Of a DNA stretch of 64,000 bases, positions 11,420-20,603 are shown one piece after another. Source of the DNA: Gammaproteobacteria bacterium. GTDB taxonomy: Bacteria; Pseudomonadota; Gammaproteobacteria; Eutrophobiales; Eutrophobiaceae. A program made the translations under genes and the position numbers. The notes under the pieces are model-generated. The model was not told the DNA's origin. It ran no database searches and saw only the letters and a list, made by a program, of their open reading frames with translations. Each line of letters starts with the position of its first letter. The stretch's first letter is position 1. Location of the stretch: positions 512,001 to 576,000 of the forward strand of contig OZ250183.1 in the NCBI GenBank assembly GCA_965238225.1. Reading direction: 5' to 3'.

Positions 11420-11917
11420 ATGCCTAAAGAAAGAAAATTAACGCCAATTGCTGCAGCTCTTGGCGCAACTTTTGCTGTTTCATTAGCTACTAGCCCAGTT
11501 ACACAAGCAGCTGAGAACCCTTTTACCATGACAGAACATGGTACTGGCTATATGGTTTCTGAAGGTAAATGCGGCGAAGGTAAATGCGGCGAAGGTAAAA
11601 AAATGGAAGGTAAATGCGGCGAAGGTAAGTGCGGCGAAGGTAAAAAAATGGAAGGTAAATGCGGCGAAGGTAAATGCGGCGAAGGTAAGTGCGGCGAAGG
11701 TAAATGCGGCGAAGGTAAATGCGGCGAAGGTAAAAAAATGGAAGGTAAATGCGGCGAAGGTAAGTGCGGCGAAGGTAAAAAAATGGAAGGTAAATGCGGC
11801 GAAGGCAAGTGCGGCGAAGGTAAAAAAATGGAAGGTAAATGCGGCGAAGGCAAGTGCGGCGAAGGTAAAAAAATGGAAGGTAAATGCGGCGAAGGCAAGT
11901 GCGGCGATAGTCAATAG
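11420..11917 (+). CDS. HvfA/oxazolin-type (EGKCG-repeat, bufferin-related) RiPP precursor with signal peptide
   Basis: 47-aa leader with Sec-type signal and AENPF motif, then 17 EGKCG plus 6 EGKKM, then DSQ; directly upstream of DUF692. Confidence 0.9.
   Translation: MPKERKLTPIAAALGATFAVSLATSPVTQAAENPFTMTEHGTGYMVSEGKCGEGKCGEGKKMEGKCGEGKCGEGKKMEGKCGEGKCGEGKCGEGKCGEGKCGEGKKMEGKCGEGKCGEGKKMEGKCGEGKCGEGKKMEGKCGEGKCGEGKKMEGKCGEGKCGDSQ
11561..11905 (+). repeat. 23 tandem 15-nt coding repeats with a 45-nt higher-order unit
   Basis: gaaggtaaatgcggc and gaaggtaaaaaaatg units read directly from the sequence. Confidence 0.97.
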
Positions 11918-11934
11918 TCCCAAGATTTTTTAGC

Positions 11935-12792
11935 ATGTCCGAAACATATCCTGTGCAAGGTACAGGACTAGGTCTGCGGCGAGCCTTTATTGGCTCGCTT
12001 GTAGATGACCTCCCTTCCCAAGTGAATTTTATGGAAGTTGCGCCAGAGAACTGGATCGATGTTGGCGGCAATCTTGGTCGCCAATTCCGGAAAATCTCAG
12101 AACAAGTGCCGATGGTCTGTCATGGACTGTCCCTCAATATTGGTGGTTCAGCACCACTGGACGAACCATTTGTTAAACGTGTTAAGAAATTCCTAGAAAC
12201 GCATAATATACGTGTTTATAGCGAACATTTGAGTTATTGTGCTGATGATGGTCATCTTTATGACTTAATGCCAATCCCTTTTACCAAAGAGGCTGTGCGT
12301 TACGTTGCTGACAGGATAAAGCGCGTACAGGATATTATTGGACAACGCATGGCTATGGAAAATGTCTCTTATTACGCCGCCCTTGGCAAAGAGATGGAGG
12401 AAATAGAGTTTATTAATGCAGTTCTGGAAAAGGCAGATTGCCTGCTGCATATTGATATCAACAATATTTATGTAAATAGTATTAATCACAAATATGATGC
12501 TCTGGAATTTCTTAGGGCATTGCCAGGTGACAGAATCGCTTATGCACACATTGCTGGTCACTATGTTGAAGCAGAAGATCTGCGAGTCGATACCCATGGT
12601 GCAGATGTTATCAACCCGGTCTGGCAATTACTAGATGCTGCCTATGAACATTTTGGCGTACTTCCGACTTTATTGGAAAGAGATTTCAATATTCCTCCTA
12701 TGGATATCTTGTTGAAGGAAGTTGATTCAATTCGTTACTACCAAGAGAAACATCAAGCAGATGGCAATAATATCAAACAGCAAAAACACTGA
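11935..12792 (+). CDS. DUF692 multinuclear non-heme iron oxidase (HvfB/BufB-type RiPP maturase)
   Basis: GLGLRR, EVAPENW, HGLSLNIG, SEHLSY, ENVSYY, HIAGH, DTHG, LLERDFN motifs. Confidence 0.92.
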   Translation: MSETYPVQGTGLGLRRAFIGSLVDDLPSQVNFMEVAPENWIDVGGNLGRQFRKISEQVPMVCHGLSLNIGGSAPLDEPFVKRVKKFLETHNIRVYSEHLSYCADDGHLYDLMPIPFTKEAVRYVADRIKRVQDIIGQRMAMENVSYYAALGKEMEEIEFINAVLEKADCLLHIDINNIYVNSINHKYDALEFLRALPGDRIAYAHIAGHYVEAEDLRVDTHGADVINPVWQLLDAAYEHFGVLPTLLERDFNIPPMDILLKEVDSIRYYQEKHQADGNNIKQQKH

Positions 12793-13543
12793 GTCTTTTA
12801 AAGACATACAATATGCCTTTACACGGCATATGCGCGATCCTGAAAATAATCCCGCACCGGAAGATGTAGAGGATCGGCGTATCGGCGTGTATCGAGATCT
12901 GGTGTATAACAACATAGAGGGACTTATTGCTGGTAGTTTTCCAGTATTACGCAAGATTACAGCAGACAAAGAATGGCATGACATGTTACGTGATTACGTT
13001 TGTAATCACAGAGCGCATACACCTTTGTTTCCAAGAATGCCTCTGGAGTTTATACAATACCTTGAGGATGAACGTTGTGGGCATCCGCAAGACCCAAGTT
13101 TTCTGCTGGAGTTGGCGACTTATGAATGGGCAGAAATAGCAATTTCTCTCGATGTCAGAGAAATTGAGTTAGATGGTATTGATATTGAAGGTGATTTTCT
13201 GGCGGGTATTCCGGTGTTAAACCCCATCATCATGTCGCAGACCTATCAGTATCCGGTGCATCAAATCAGTCCTGATTATTTACCAGACACTGAACCTGAA
13301 TCACCGACATATTTATTGGTTTACCGACGCAAGGGTTATGAGGTCGGATTTCTGGAATTAAATCCGGTTTCCGCGAGGTTGGTTGAATGTATGCAAGGCA
13401 ATAGTGATAAAACTGGTTTACAGTTACTAGAAGGGATAATCGAGGAGCTCAACCATTCCAGTTCCCAAGTCGTTATTGATGGCGGCCATGAAATTATGCG
13501 AGATATGCACGCTAAAGATATTCTACTTGGCACCAAAATATAG
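12761..13543 (+). CDS. DUF2063 partner protein (HvfC/BufC-type)
   Basis: QYAFTRHMRDP...RRIGVYRDLVYNN, FPVLR, ELATYEWAE; ATG at 12761 is in frame and overlaps the DUF692 end. Confidence 0.85.
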   Translation: MAIISNSKNTESFKDIQYAFTRHMRDPENNPAPEDVEDRRIGVYRDLVYNNIEGLIAGSFPVLRKITADKEWHDMLRDYVCNHRAHTPLFPRMPLEFIQYLEDERCGHPQDPSFLLELATYEWAEIAISLDVREIELDGIDIEGDFLAGIPVLNPIIMSQTYQYPVHQISPDYLPDTEPESPTYLLVYRRKGYEVGFLELNPVSARLVECMQGNSDKTGLQLLEGIIEELNHSSSQVVIDGGHEIMRDMHAKDILLGTKI

Positions 13544-13665
13544 CTACTTTAACTAAATAGAAAACATTATCAAAGTTATTGATTTGCCAATAACTGGGGT
13601 CGATAATGGGCGTTAAGTAAGTATCTTTCCGGTCATTCATTTAGGTTTTTCTAAGGGAGTTATCT

Positions 13666-15293
13666 ATGAAAGCAGCAGAGCTATTCGTGAAGTGTTTGGA
13701 GAACGAAGAGGTTGAACGTATCTACGGTATCCCTGGCGAAGAGAATATTGATGTAATGGATGCCTTGCTAGATAGCAAGATTAAATTTGTTACTACACGT
13801 CATGAACAGGGTGCCGCTTTTATGGCCGATGTTTATGGTCGGCTGACAGGACGTGCGGGGGTCTGTTTGGCAACTTTGGGTCCAGGCGCAACAAATCTTA
13901 TTACAGGCGTTGCTGATGCCAACATGGATTTGGCACCTATCATTGCCATTGCGGGTCAAGGCTCAACAAAGAGATTACACAAAGAGAGTCATCAAATTCT
14001 TGATCTGGTCAATCTTTTTGATCCAATTTCAAAATACAGTACACAAATCAGAGAGGGCGAAATTATACCTGAAATTGTGCGTAAGGCCTTTAAGGTTGCG
14101 CAGACGGAAAAGCCAGGCTGTAGTTTTATTGATTTTCCAGAAAATATTGCTGCTTCGGAAGTTGAAGGTAAGGAACCTTTATTGGTTCAAAGCCCAATGA
14201 CGCCAACACCACCAGAATCTACAATAGATGCAGCGGCAAAAATTATCTCGAATGCACGTTTTCCATGGCAGGTAATGGCGTAATACGCGCCAATGCAGAA
14301 AAACAATTGGTAAACTTTGCAGAGAAATTAAACATCCCTGTTGCTACGACCTTTATGGCAAAAGGGACAATCCCATTCTCACATAATCTATCATTGGGGG
14401 CAGTTGGTCTCCAAGCCAGTGATTATGTTTCCTGTGGTTTTGATCGCGCAGATGTTGTGATTTGTGTCGGTTATGACATTGTCGAATATCATCCGCATCT
14501 TTGGCACAAAAATCAAGACATCAAAATTATTCATATTAGCGCATTGCCCGCCGAGGTTGATGAGCACTATATTGTTGAAGTTGGTGTCATTGGAGATATT
14601 GCGCAAGCGCTAAATGGTATCGCTGAAAAATCTGATGTCAAAAACGAATATTTTGCGGCAAATCTCAGACAAACTATTGTTGATGAGATGGCTGCGCACG
14701 CTGATGACAGTGGTTTTCCTGTGAAGCCACAAAAAATATTATGGGACTTGAGGCAGGCGTTAAATCCAGAAGATGTCGTAATCAGTGATGTCGGCGCACA
14801 TAAAATGTGGGTGGCCAGAATGTATCAAGAAGAAGTATCCAATACCTGTATTATTTCAAATGGCTTTGCTTCAATGGGGATAGCTGTTCCAGGTGCCCTG
14901 GCCGCTAAGCTTGTGTTTCCAGAGCGGATAGCGGTCGCTGTGACAGGTGATGCTGGGTTTATGATGAATTCACAGGAGATAGAAACAGCCTTACGGCATA
15001 ATCTGGCATTCGTAATATTGATCTGGACGGATTCTGAATATGGATTGATTAAGTGGCATCAGCTCAGGAATTTTGGCAGACCCTCCAATATCACTTTTAA
15101 CAACCCAGATTTTATTAAATATGCCGAGAGTTTTGGTGCCAAAGGTTATCGGGTAGAAAGCGCAGCAGATTTATTGCCAACTCTTAAACAAGCGATCGCT
15201 GATAATACAGTTGTGATTGTCGATTGCCCAGTTGATTACCGTGAAAACATGAAGCTTACAGAAAAACTTGGCGATCTGGTGTGTCCAATATAG
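13666..15293 (+). pseudogene. ThDP-dependent acetolactate synthase-like / 2-oxoglutarate decarboxylase-like gene split by a frameshift near 14265
   Basis: ORF 13666..14283 (RHEQGAAFMA, GPGATN) and ORF 14265..15293 (AGNG, GDAGF ThDP motif) are two halves of one protein in different frames. Confidence 0.8.
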
Positions 15294-15377
15294 TTATATA
15301 AATAAAATTGGGAACCATATGTTGTAATCTATAAAACTTTAAGAAACTACAAACAAATCAACAAGCATTGACACTCT

Positions 15378-16391
15378 ATGGACAGAAAAGAAACATTAAA
15401 TAAAAATTTACACAAAGCAAAGACAGATAAAAAAGATGAGTTTTATACACAATTATTTGATATTGAGAAAGAATTAACACATCATAAAGAGCACTTTAAA
15501 GACAAGGTTGTTTTTTGTAATTGTGATGACCCTAGAGTAAGTAATTTTTTCCATTATTTTTCATATAATTTTGAACAATTAGGGCTTAAAAAACTCATCA
15601 CTACCTGTTATAAAAATCAGAATACGGATTTATTCAGTCAAAACACTTCAGAAAAAGCAATTTATTTAGTAAATGCAGGAGACAAAAATAAAAATAGAAA
15701 GCCCGATCCTGATGAAATTGGTATTAAGAATTTAAAAGGTGATGGCGATTTTCGTAGCCAAGAATGTATTGAGCTTTTGAAAGAGGCGGGTATTGTGGTA
15801 ACCAACCCACCTTTTTCTTTATTCAGAGAATATGTAGAACAGTTAATGGAATATGACAAAGAGTTTTTGATTATAGGAAATCAAAATGCTATAACCTACA
15901 AAGAAATTTTCAAACTGATTAAAAGAAATAAATTATGGTTAGGGGCTAGTATTCATAGCGGAGATAGAGAGTTTGGGGTTCCTAAAGATTATCCATTAAA
16001 AGCAGCGAGCAGTAGAATTGATGAAAATGGCAATAAATTTATTAGAGTTAAAGGGGTTCGTTGGTTCACTAATTTGGACTATAAAGAAAGACACGAGAAT
16101 TTAATTCTTTATAAAACATACAACGAAAAGGAATATCCAAAATACGATAATTATGATGCCATAAATATTGATAAAGCAAAAGATATTCCAATGGATTATG
16201 AAGGTGCTATGGGCGTTCCAATTACTTTTATGGATAAATATAATCCCGATCAATTTGAGATTATTGGCATTGATAGAGTTTTAGTAGAGAAATTAACAGG
16301 AAAAGTAAGTCGTTTTCGTATAGAGGGTAAAGAAAAATATGCTCGTATTCTTATTAAAAACAAAAAAATAAACTATGAGAATAGAACTTAA
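15378..16391 (+). CDS. Adenine-specific DNA methyltransferase, EcoRI-methylase family
   Basis: KKDEFYTQ, VFCNCDDP, GDGDFRSQECIELL, VTNPPFSLFREY, MGVPITFMDKYNPDQFEIIG; very AT-rich. Confidence 0.88.
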   Translation: MDRKETLNKNLHKAKTDKKDEFYTQLFDIEKELTHHKEHFKDKVVFCNCDDPRVSNFFHYFSYNFEQLGLKKLITTCYKNQNTDLFSQNTSEKAIYLVNAGDKNKNRKPDPDEIGIKNLKGDGDFRSQECIELLKEAGIVVTNPPFSLFREYVEQLMEYDKEFLIIGNQNAITYKEIFKLIKRNKLWLGASIHSGDREFGVPKDYPLKAASSRIDENGNKFIRVKGVRWFTNLDYKERHENLILYKTYNEKEYPKYDNYDAINIDKAKDIPMDYEGAMGVPITFMDKYNPDQFEIIGIDRVLVEKLTGKVSRFRIEGKEKYARILIKNKKINYENRT

Positions 16392-16679
16392 AGAAATTAC
16401 AGTAGGTGAATTAGCAGACAGCTTTGAGGATAACGCTGAAGACAGGATAGTAGGTTTTAAAGGCAAATTAGATATTTGTCCACCCTACCAACGAGAATTT
16501 ATATACGGGGATAAACAAAGAGATGCTGTTATTCATACCTTAAGAAAAGATTTCCCCTTAAATGTGATGAAAAATTTGCAATAGAAGAAATGGAAGCTGG
16601 AAAAGCGGGGAAATTGAGAGGGGAGTTTGTAGATTTAAAGTATATTATTCCCAATAAAATCACAGAGATTTATATTTAA
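16375..16679 (+). pseudogene. Remnant of a DUF262 plus HNH-type nuclease gene, internally deleted
   Basis: N-terminus with PPYQREFIY...FPLNVM, followed in another frame by KCDEKFAIEEMEA, resembling the segment before the HNH motif. Confidence 0.7.
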
Positions 16680-16680
16680 T

Positions 16681-18120
16681 ATGACTGAACATTTTTCAAT
16701 CATGATAGCTCACGTAAATTCAAAAGATAATTGCTTGGAAGTGCGTGCGCCTTATGACAGTGCGCTGATCGCAACAGTCGATACCGCTGATTCAAGCGCA
16801 GTTGAGCAAGCATTAGAAACGGCAACATCGCTTTATCAAAACCGAGACGCTTGGTTACCTGCCGAGCAAAGAATTCGCATACTGGAAAAAACTATTAACC
16901 TCATGCAAAAACGGCAGGAGGTCTTGGCTTTAGAAGCTGCGCGTGAAGGTGGTAAACCCTTACCTGACTCCAGAGTTGAAGTGGTGCGTGCTATTGATGG
17001 TGTAAAACTTTGCATAGAAACCTTACGAACCGAGTCAGGGCGCGAAATTCCGATGGGTCTTAATGTAGCTTCTAAAAGTCGTTTGGCTTTTACCCGCAAG
17101 GAACCCATTGGCGTAGTCGTTGCAGTTAGTGCATTTAATCATCCTTTAAATTTAATTGTGCATCAAATTACACCTGCTATTACAGTTGGGTGTCCTGTTA
17201 TTGTAAAACCTGCAGAAGATACACCTTTATCTTGCTTTCGCTTTGTTGAAATCTTACGAGAAGCAGGTTTGCCTGATGAATGGTGTCAGGCGCTTACTGT
17301 ATCTGATCTTGCTGTTGCATCTCAATTAGTTACTGATGAACGTGTCGATTTCTTTACTTTCATTGGCAGTGGCAAGGTTGGTTGGATGCTGCGCTCACAA
17401 CTTTCACCAGGTACACGCTGTGCGCTGGAACATGGCGGTGCGGCACCTGTAATTGTTGCGGAAGACGCTGATATTGAAGATGTGGCACCTTTACTGGCAA
17501 AAGGCGGGTTTTATCATGCAGGCCAGGTATGTGTTTCAGTGCAACGTATTTTTGCACATCACTCAGTGGCAAAGAATCTTGCGTATGCAATCGCAAAAAT
17601 AAGCGAACAATATACGATTGGTGATCCAACGTTGGCAACATCAGACATTGGCCCTTTGATTAGGAATGCGGAAACCGATCGTGTGGAAACCTGGGTCAAT
17701 GAAGCCATTGAAGAAGGTGCTGAATTAATCAGTGGCGGGAAAAGGCTATCGGATTCCTGTTATGGCTGTACGATTTTATATAAGCCATCGAACGAATCCA
17801 AAGTGAGTCAAATGGAGATATTTGGCCCTGTCATTTGTATTTACCCTTACACAGACATGGATGTTGCTATTGGACAGGCAAATGCGTTACCACTCTCGTT
17901 TCAAGCCTCGGTATTTACGCGTGATATTGATAGGGCAATGCGAGTTGCAAAAAGGATCAATGCATCTTCTGTTATGGTCAATGATCATACAGCATTTAGA
18001 ACAGACTGGATGCCCTTTGCTGGCTTGAAGCAGTCTGGTTTGGGTGTGGGAGGCATTCCCTATACTATGGAAGATATGCAGATTGAAAAAATGACAGTAT
18101 TGTATTCAAAAGAACTTTAA
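16681..18120 (+). CDS. NAD(P)-dependent aldehyde dehydrogenase (possible succinate-semialdehyde dehydrogenase)
   Basis: FNHPLN, VKPA, FIGSGKVG, LEHGG, AGQVCVS catalytic Cys, EIFGPV. Confidence 0.88.
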   Translation: MTEHFSIMIAHVNSKDNCLEVRAPYDSALIATVDTADSSAVEQALETATSLYQNRDAWLPAEQRIRILEKTINLMQKRQEVLALEAAREGGKPLPDSRVEVVRAIDGVKLCIETLRTESGREIPMGLNVASKSRLAFTRKEPIGVVVAVSAFNHPLNLIVHQITPAITVGCPVIVKPAEDTPLSCFRFVEILREAGLPDEWCQALTVSDLAVASQLVTDERVDFFTFIGSGKVGWMLRSQLSPGTRCALEHGGAAPVIVAEDADIEDVAPLLAKGGFYHAGQVCVSVQRIFAHHSVAKNLAYAIAKISEQYTIGDPTLATSDIGPLIRNAETDRVETWVNEAIEEGAELISGGKRLSDSCYGCTILYKPSNESKVSQMEIFGPVICIYPYTDMDVAIGQANALPLSFQASVFTRDIDRAMRVAKRINASSVMVNDHTAFRTDWMPFAGLKQSGLGVGGIPYTMEDMQIEKMTVLYSKEL

Positions 18121-18224
18121 AGCTTTTAACCTTGTTTTTAAACCTAAAAATTATGATGATAAATCTCACCTTAAAGTTAAAAAAGCAGTCACAAAAAACG
18201 CTGGCAAATAGAGGTAATTAACTA

Positions 18225-19733
18225 ATGTCAGAAAACATGCGAGGGTTTCTGTTTAGCGCAATGGAGTTTATGGCAGCATTGTTTATTATCATATTGGGTC
18301 TTGTTGCTTTTGCTATCGTTATCATCTACATCTTTGATGTTGCTCAGACGAAATCTTCAATTAAACGAAATTACCCTGTTGTAGGTCGCTTCAGATATTT
18401 TTTCGAACATATAGGCGAATTTTTCCGTCAGTATTTTTTCTCAATGGATCGCGAAGAGATGCCATTTAACAGGGCGCAGCGTTCTTGGGTTTATCGCGCA
18501 GCAAAAAATATTGATAATACGGTTGCCTTTGGATCAACGCGAGATCTTAGGCCGCCAGGAACAATATTATTTGCAAACTGTCCGTTTCCAACATTAGGCG
18601 AAGATACTGTCACCCCTGATGCTGTAACGATTGGGTTTTATTCAGATAAACCGTACACGACTTCATCAATATTCAACATATCAGGAATGAGTTTTGGTGC
18701 GATATCGAAGCCAGCTGTGTTGGCGTTATCAAATGGTGCACGAAGAGCAGGTTGTTGGATGAATACAGGCGAGGGCGGCTTGTCGCCTTTTCACCTTGAA
18801 GGTGGCGCGGATATCGTTTTTCAAATTGGTACTGCAAAATATGGCGTCAGAGATGAGTCAGGTGAATTGTCAGATGAAAAATTGCGTGAAATAGCAGAGC
18901 ATGACCAAGTGAAAATGTTTGAAATCAAGTTGAGCCAGGGTGCAAAACCTGGTAAGGGCGGTATATTGCCTAGCGGCAAGGTGACTAAGCAAATTGCAAA
19001 GATCAGAGGGATTGATGTCGGCATTGCTTCCATTAGTCCAAATCGGCATACGGATATTAGAAACAATGCTGACTTGCTTGATATGATTGCACACATCAGA
19101 AAAGTCACTGGTAAACCAGTAGGATTTAAATCCGCGATTGGTGTATACGGGTGGCTTGATAGTTTATTTAACGAGATTAGAGAACGTGGTGTGGAAAGCG
19201 CACCAGACTTCATCGCCGTTGATGGTTCAGATGGAGGTACAGGTGCGGCACCTATGCCTCTTATTGATGATATGGGCTTGCCTTTACGTGAAGCTCTACC
19301 TTTAGTCATTGATAGATTGAACAAATATGGCCTAAGAGACAGAGTCAAAATAATATCTTCTGGGAAATTAATTACGCCAGCAGGTGTTGCCTGGGCGCTG
19401 TGCGTCGGCGCTGACTTTGTGACATCAGCGAGAGGGTTTATGTTTGCGCTCGGGTGTATTCAAGCCTTGCAATGTAATAAGAATACCTGTCCTACAGGCA
19501 TTACAACACATAATAAGAAGCTACAACGTGGATTAAATGCTAGTGATAAGGCTATTCGTGTAATGCATTATGCAAAGAATATGACTTATGAAGTTGGCAC
19601 CATCGCTCATTCTTGCGGTGTGGCCACACCAAGGAAATTACGTCGTTTACACGCAAGAGTTGTGACTGACAACGGATTATCAGTACCATTGAATGAGTTG
19701 CATCCGGATGTTGAGTCATTATTTACATCTTGA
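18225..19733 (+). CDS. FMN-binding glutamate synthase family protein with N-terminal membrane anchor
   Basis: MSFGAIS, NTGEGG, EIKLSQGAKPGKGG, CIQALQCNKNTCPTGI Fe-S motif. Confidence 0.88.
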   Translation: MSENMRGFLFSAMEFMAALFIIILGLVAFAIVIIYIFDVAQTKSSIKRNYPVVGRFRYFFEHIGEFFRQYFFSMDREEMPFNRAQRSWVYRAAKNIDNTVAFGSTRDLRPPGTILFANCPFPTLGEDTVTPDAVTIGFYSDKPYTTSSIFNISGMSFGAISKPAVLALSNGARRAGCWMNTGEGGLSPFHLEGGADIVFQIGTAKYGVRDESGELSDEKLREIAEHDQVKMFEIKLSQGAKPGKGGILPSGKVTKQIAKIRGIDVGIASISPNRHTDIRNNADLLDMIAHIRKVTGKPVGFKSAIGVYGWLDSLFNEIRERGVESAPDFIAVDGSDGGTGAAPMPLIDDMGLPLREALPLVIDRLNKYGLRDRVKIISSGKLITPAGVAWALCVGADFVTSARGFMFALGCIQALQCNKNTCPTGITTHNKKLQRGLNASDKAIRVMHYAKNMTYEVGTIAHSCGVATPRKLRRLHARVVTDNGLSVPLNELHPDVESLFTS

Positions 19734-19846
19734 TGCTTTAATTTCCAAGTTACATATTCATGTCAAAGCTTTGGTATACTCAATAGTGTCGAATTGTTAT
19801 ACAAGCATCGCAAAATAGTTAGAGAAGAATCAGGAGAATAATAAAC

Positions 19847-20494
19847 ATGATCACATGCATTATCAGTAAGGTACAAGATATCTGCAATAAGGCACAGGAT
19901 ATCTTTGACAAAATACGCTCAAATATTGATTTTATAGGGCCACTGTTACTAAGAATTTATATTGTCCCTGTATTCTGGGCGGCCAGTAATAATAAATGGA
20001 ATCCATTTGCGCCAAATGGCACCCTTAATCCCATAGCAGGTTTAAAGCACACATCTGAATGGTTTGGCAGTTCATTGGGAATGCCTCTTCCGGAATTAAT
20101 GGCATTCATGGCTTGGGGCGCTGAATATTTTGGTGCCATTTTGCTTGCCTTGGGATTGGCAACACGTTGGATATCAATTCCTTTGATGTTCACAATGATT
20201 GTTGCTGCTGTGACTGTCCATTGGAAGAATTGTTGGCAGGCAGTGCACGATTTATCAAGCCCATACGCCTCTGCCAACGTAGGTGAGGCCATTGAAAGAC
20301 TCTCTCGTGCGAAAGATATTTTAAGAGAGCATGGGAATTACGATTGGCTGACGGAACATGGTAGCTTTGTTGTTTCCAATCACGGCATTGAATGGTCTGC
20401 GACTTATTTTATTATCTTGTTGGCTCTGTTCGTTACTGGCGGTGGTAAATTTGTTAGCGCTGATTATTGGTTGGCAAAGAAATTTAGGAAATAA
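19847..20494 (+). CDS. DoxX family membrane protein of the type associated with oxazolin/bufferin loci
   Basis: LLLRIYIVPVFW, LGLATRWISIPLMFTMIVAAVTVHW, ILREHGNYDWLTEHGSFVV, NHGIE motifs. Confidence 0.85.
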   Translation: MITCIISKVQDICNKAQDIFDKIRSNIDFIGPLLLRIYIVPVFWAASNNKWNPFAPNGTLNPIAGLKHTSEWFGSSLGMPLPELMAFMAWGAEYFGAILLALGLATRWISIPLMFTMIVAAVTVHWKNCWQAVHDLSSPYASANVGEAIERLSRAKDILREHGNYDWLTEHGSFVVSNHGIEWSATYFIILLALFVTGGGKFVSADYWLAKKFRK

Positions 20495-20535
20495 TGCAGG
20501 ATATATAAAATAATAGACTGCTTATGACGACTCAC

Positions 20536-20590
20536 ATGGCCGTTCCATATTTTAGAAAGAGACTGAAATATGGAACGGCCATTTTTATTT
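20536..20590 (+). terminator. Intrinsic terminator downstream of the DoxX gene
   Basis: Perfect 17-bp inverted repeat atggccgttccatattt / aaatatggaacggccat followed by a T-rich tract. Confidence 0.75.
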
Positions 20591-20603
20591 GGTAAAGCAT
20601 TAA

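Noticed and set aside
11561-11905. Tandem repeats as a CRISPR array
   Set aside because: There are no unique spacers; the 15-nt units are in-frame codons of the RiPP precursor
11483-12071. Alternative-frame repetitive ORFs (AAFTF, RRIYL, VNAAK, PSPHL)
   Set aside because: Shadow frames of the stop-free repeat; only the EGKCG frame has a signal peptide and matching maturase genes
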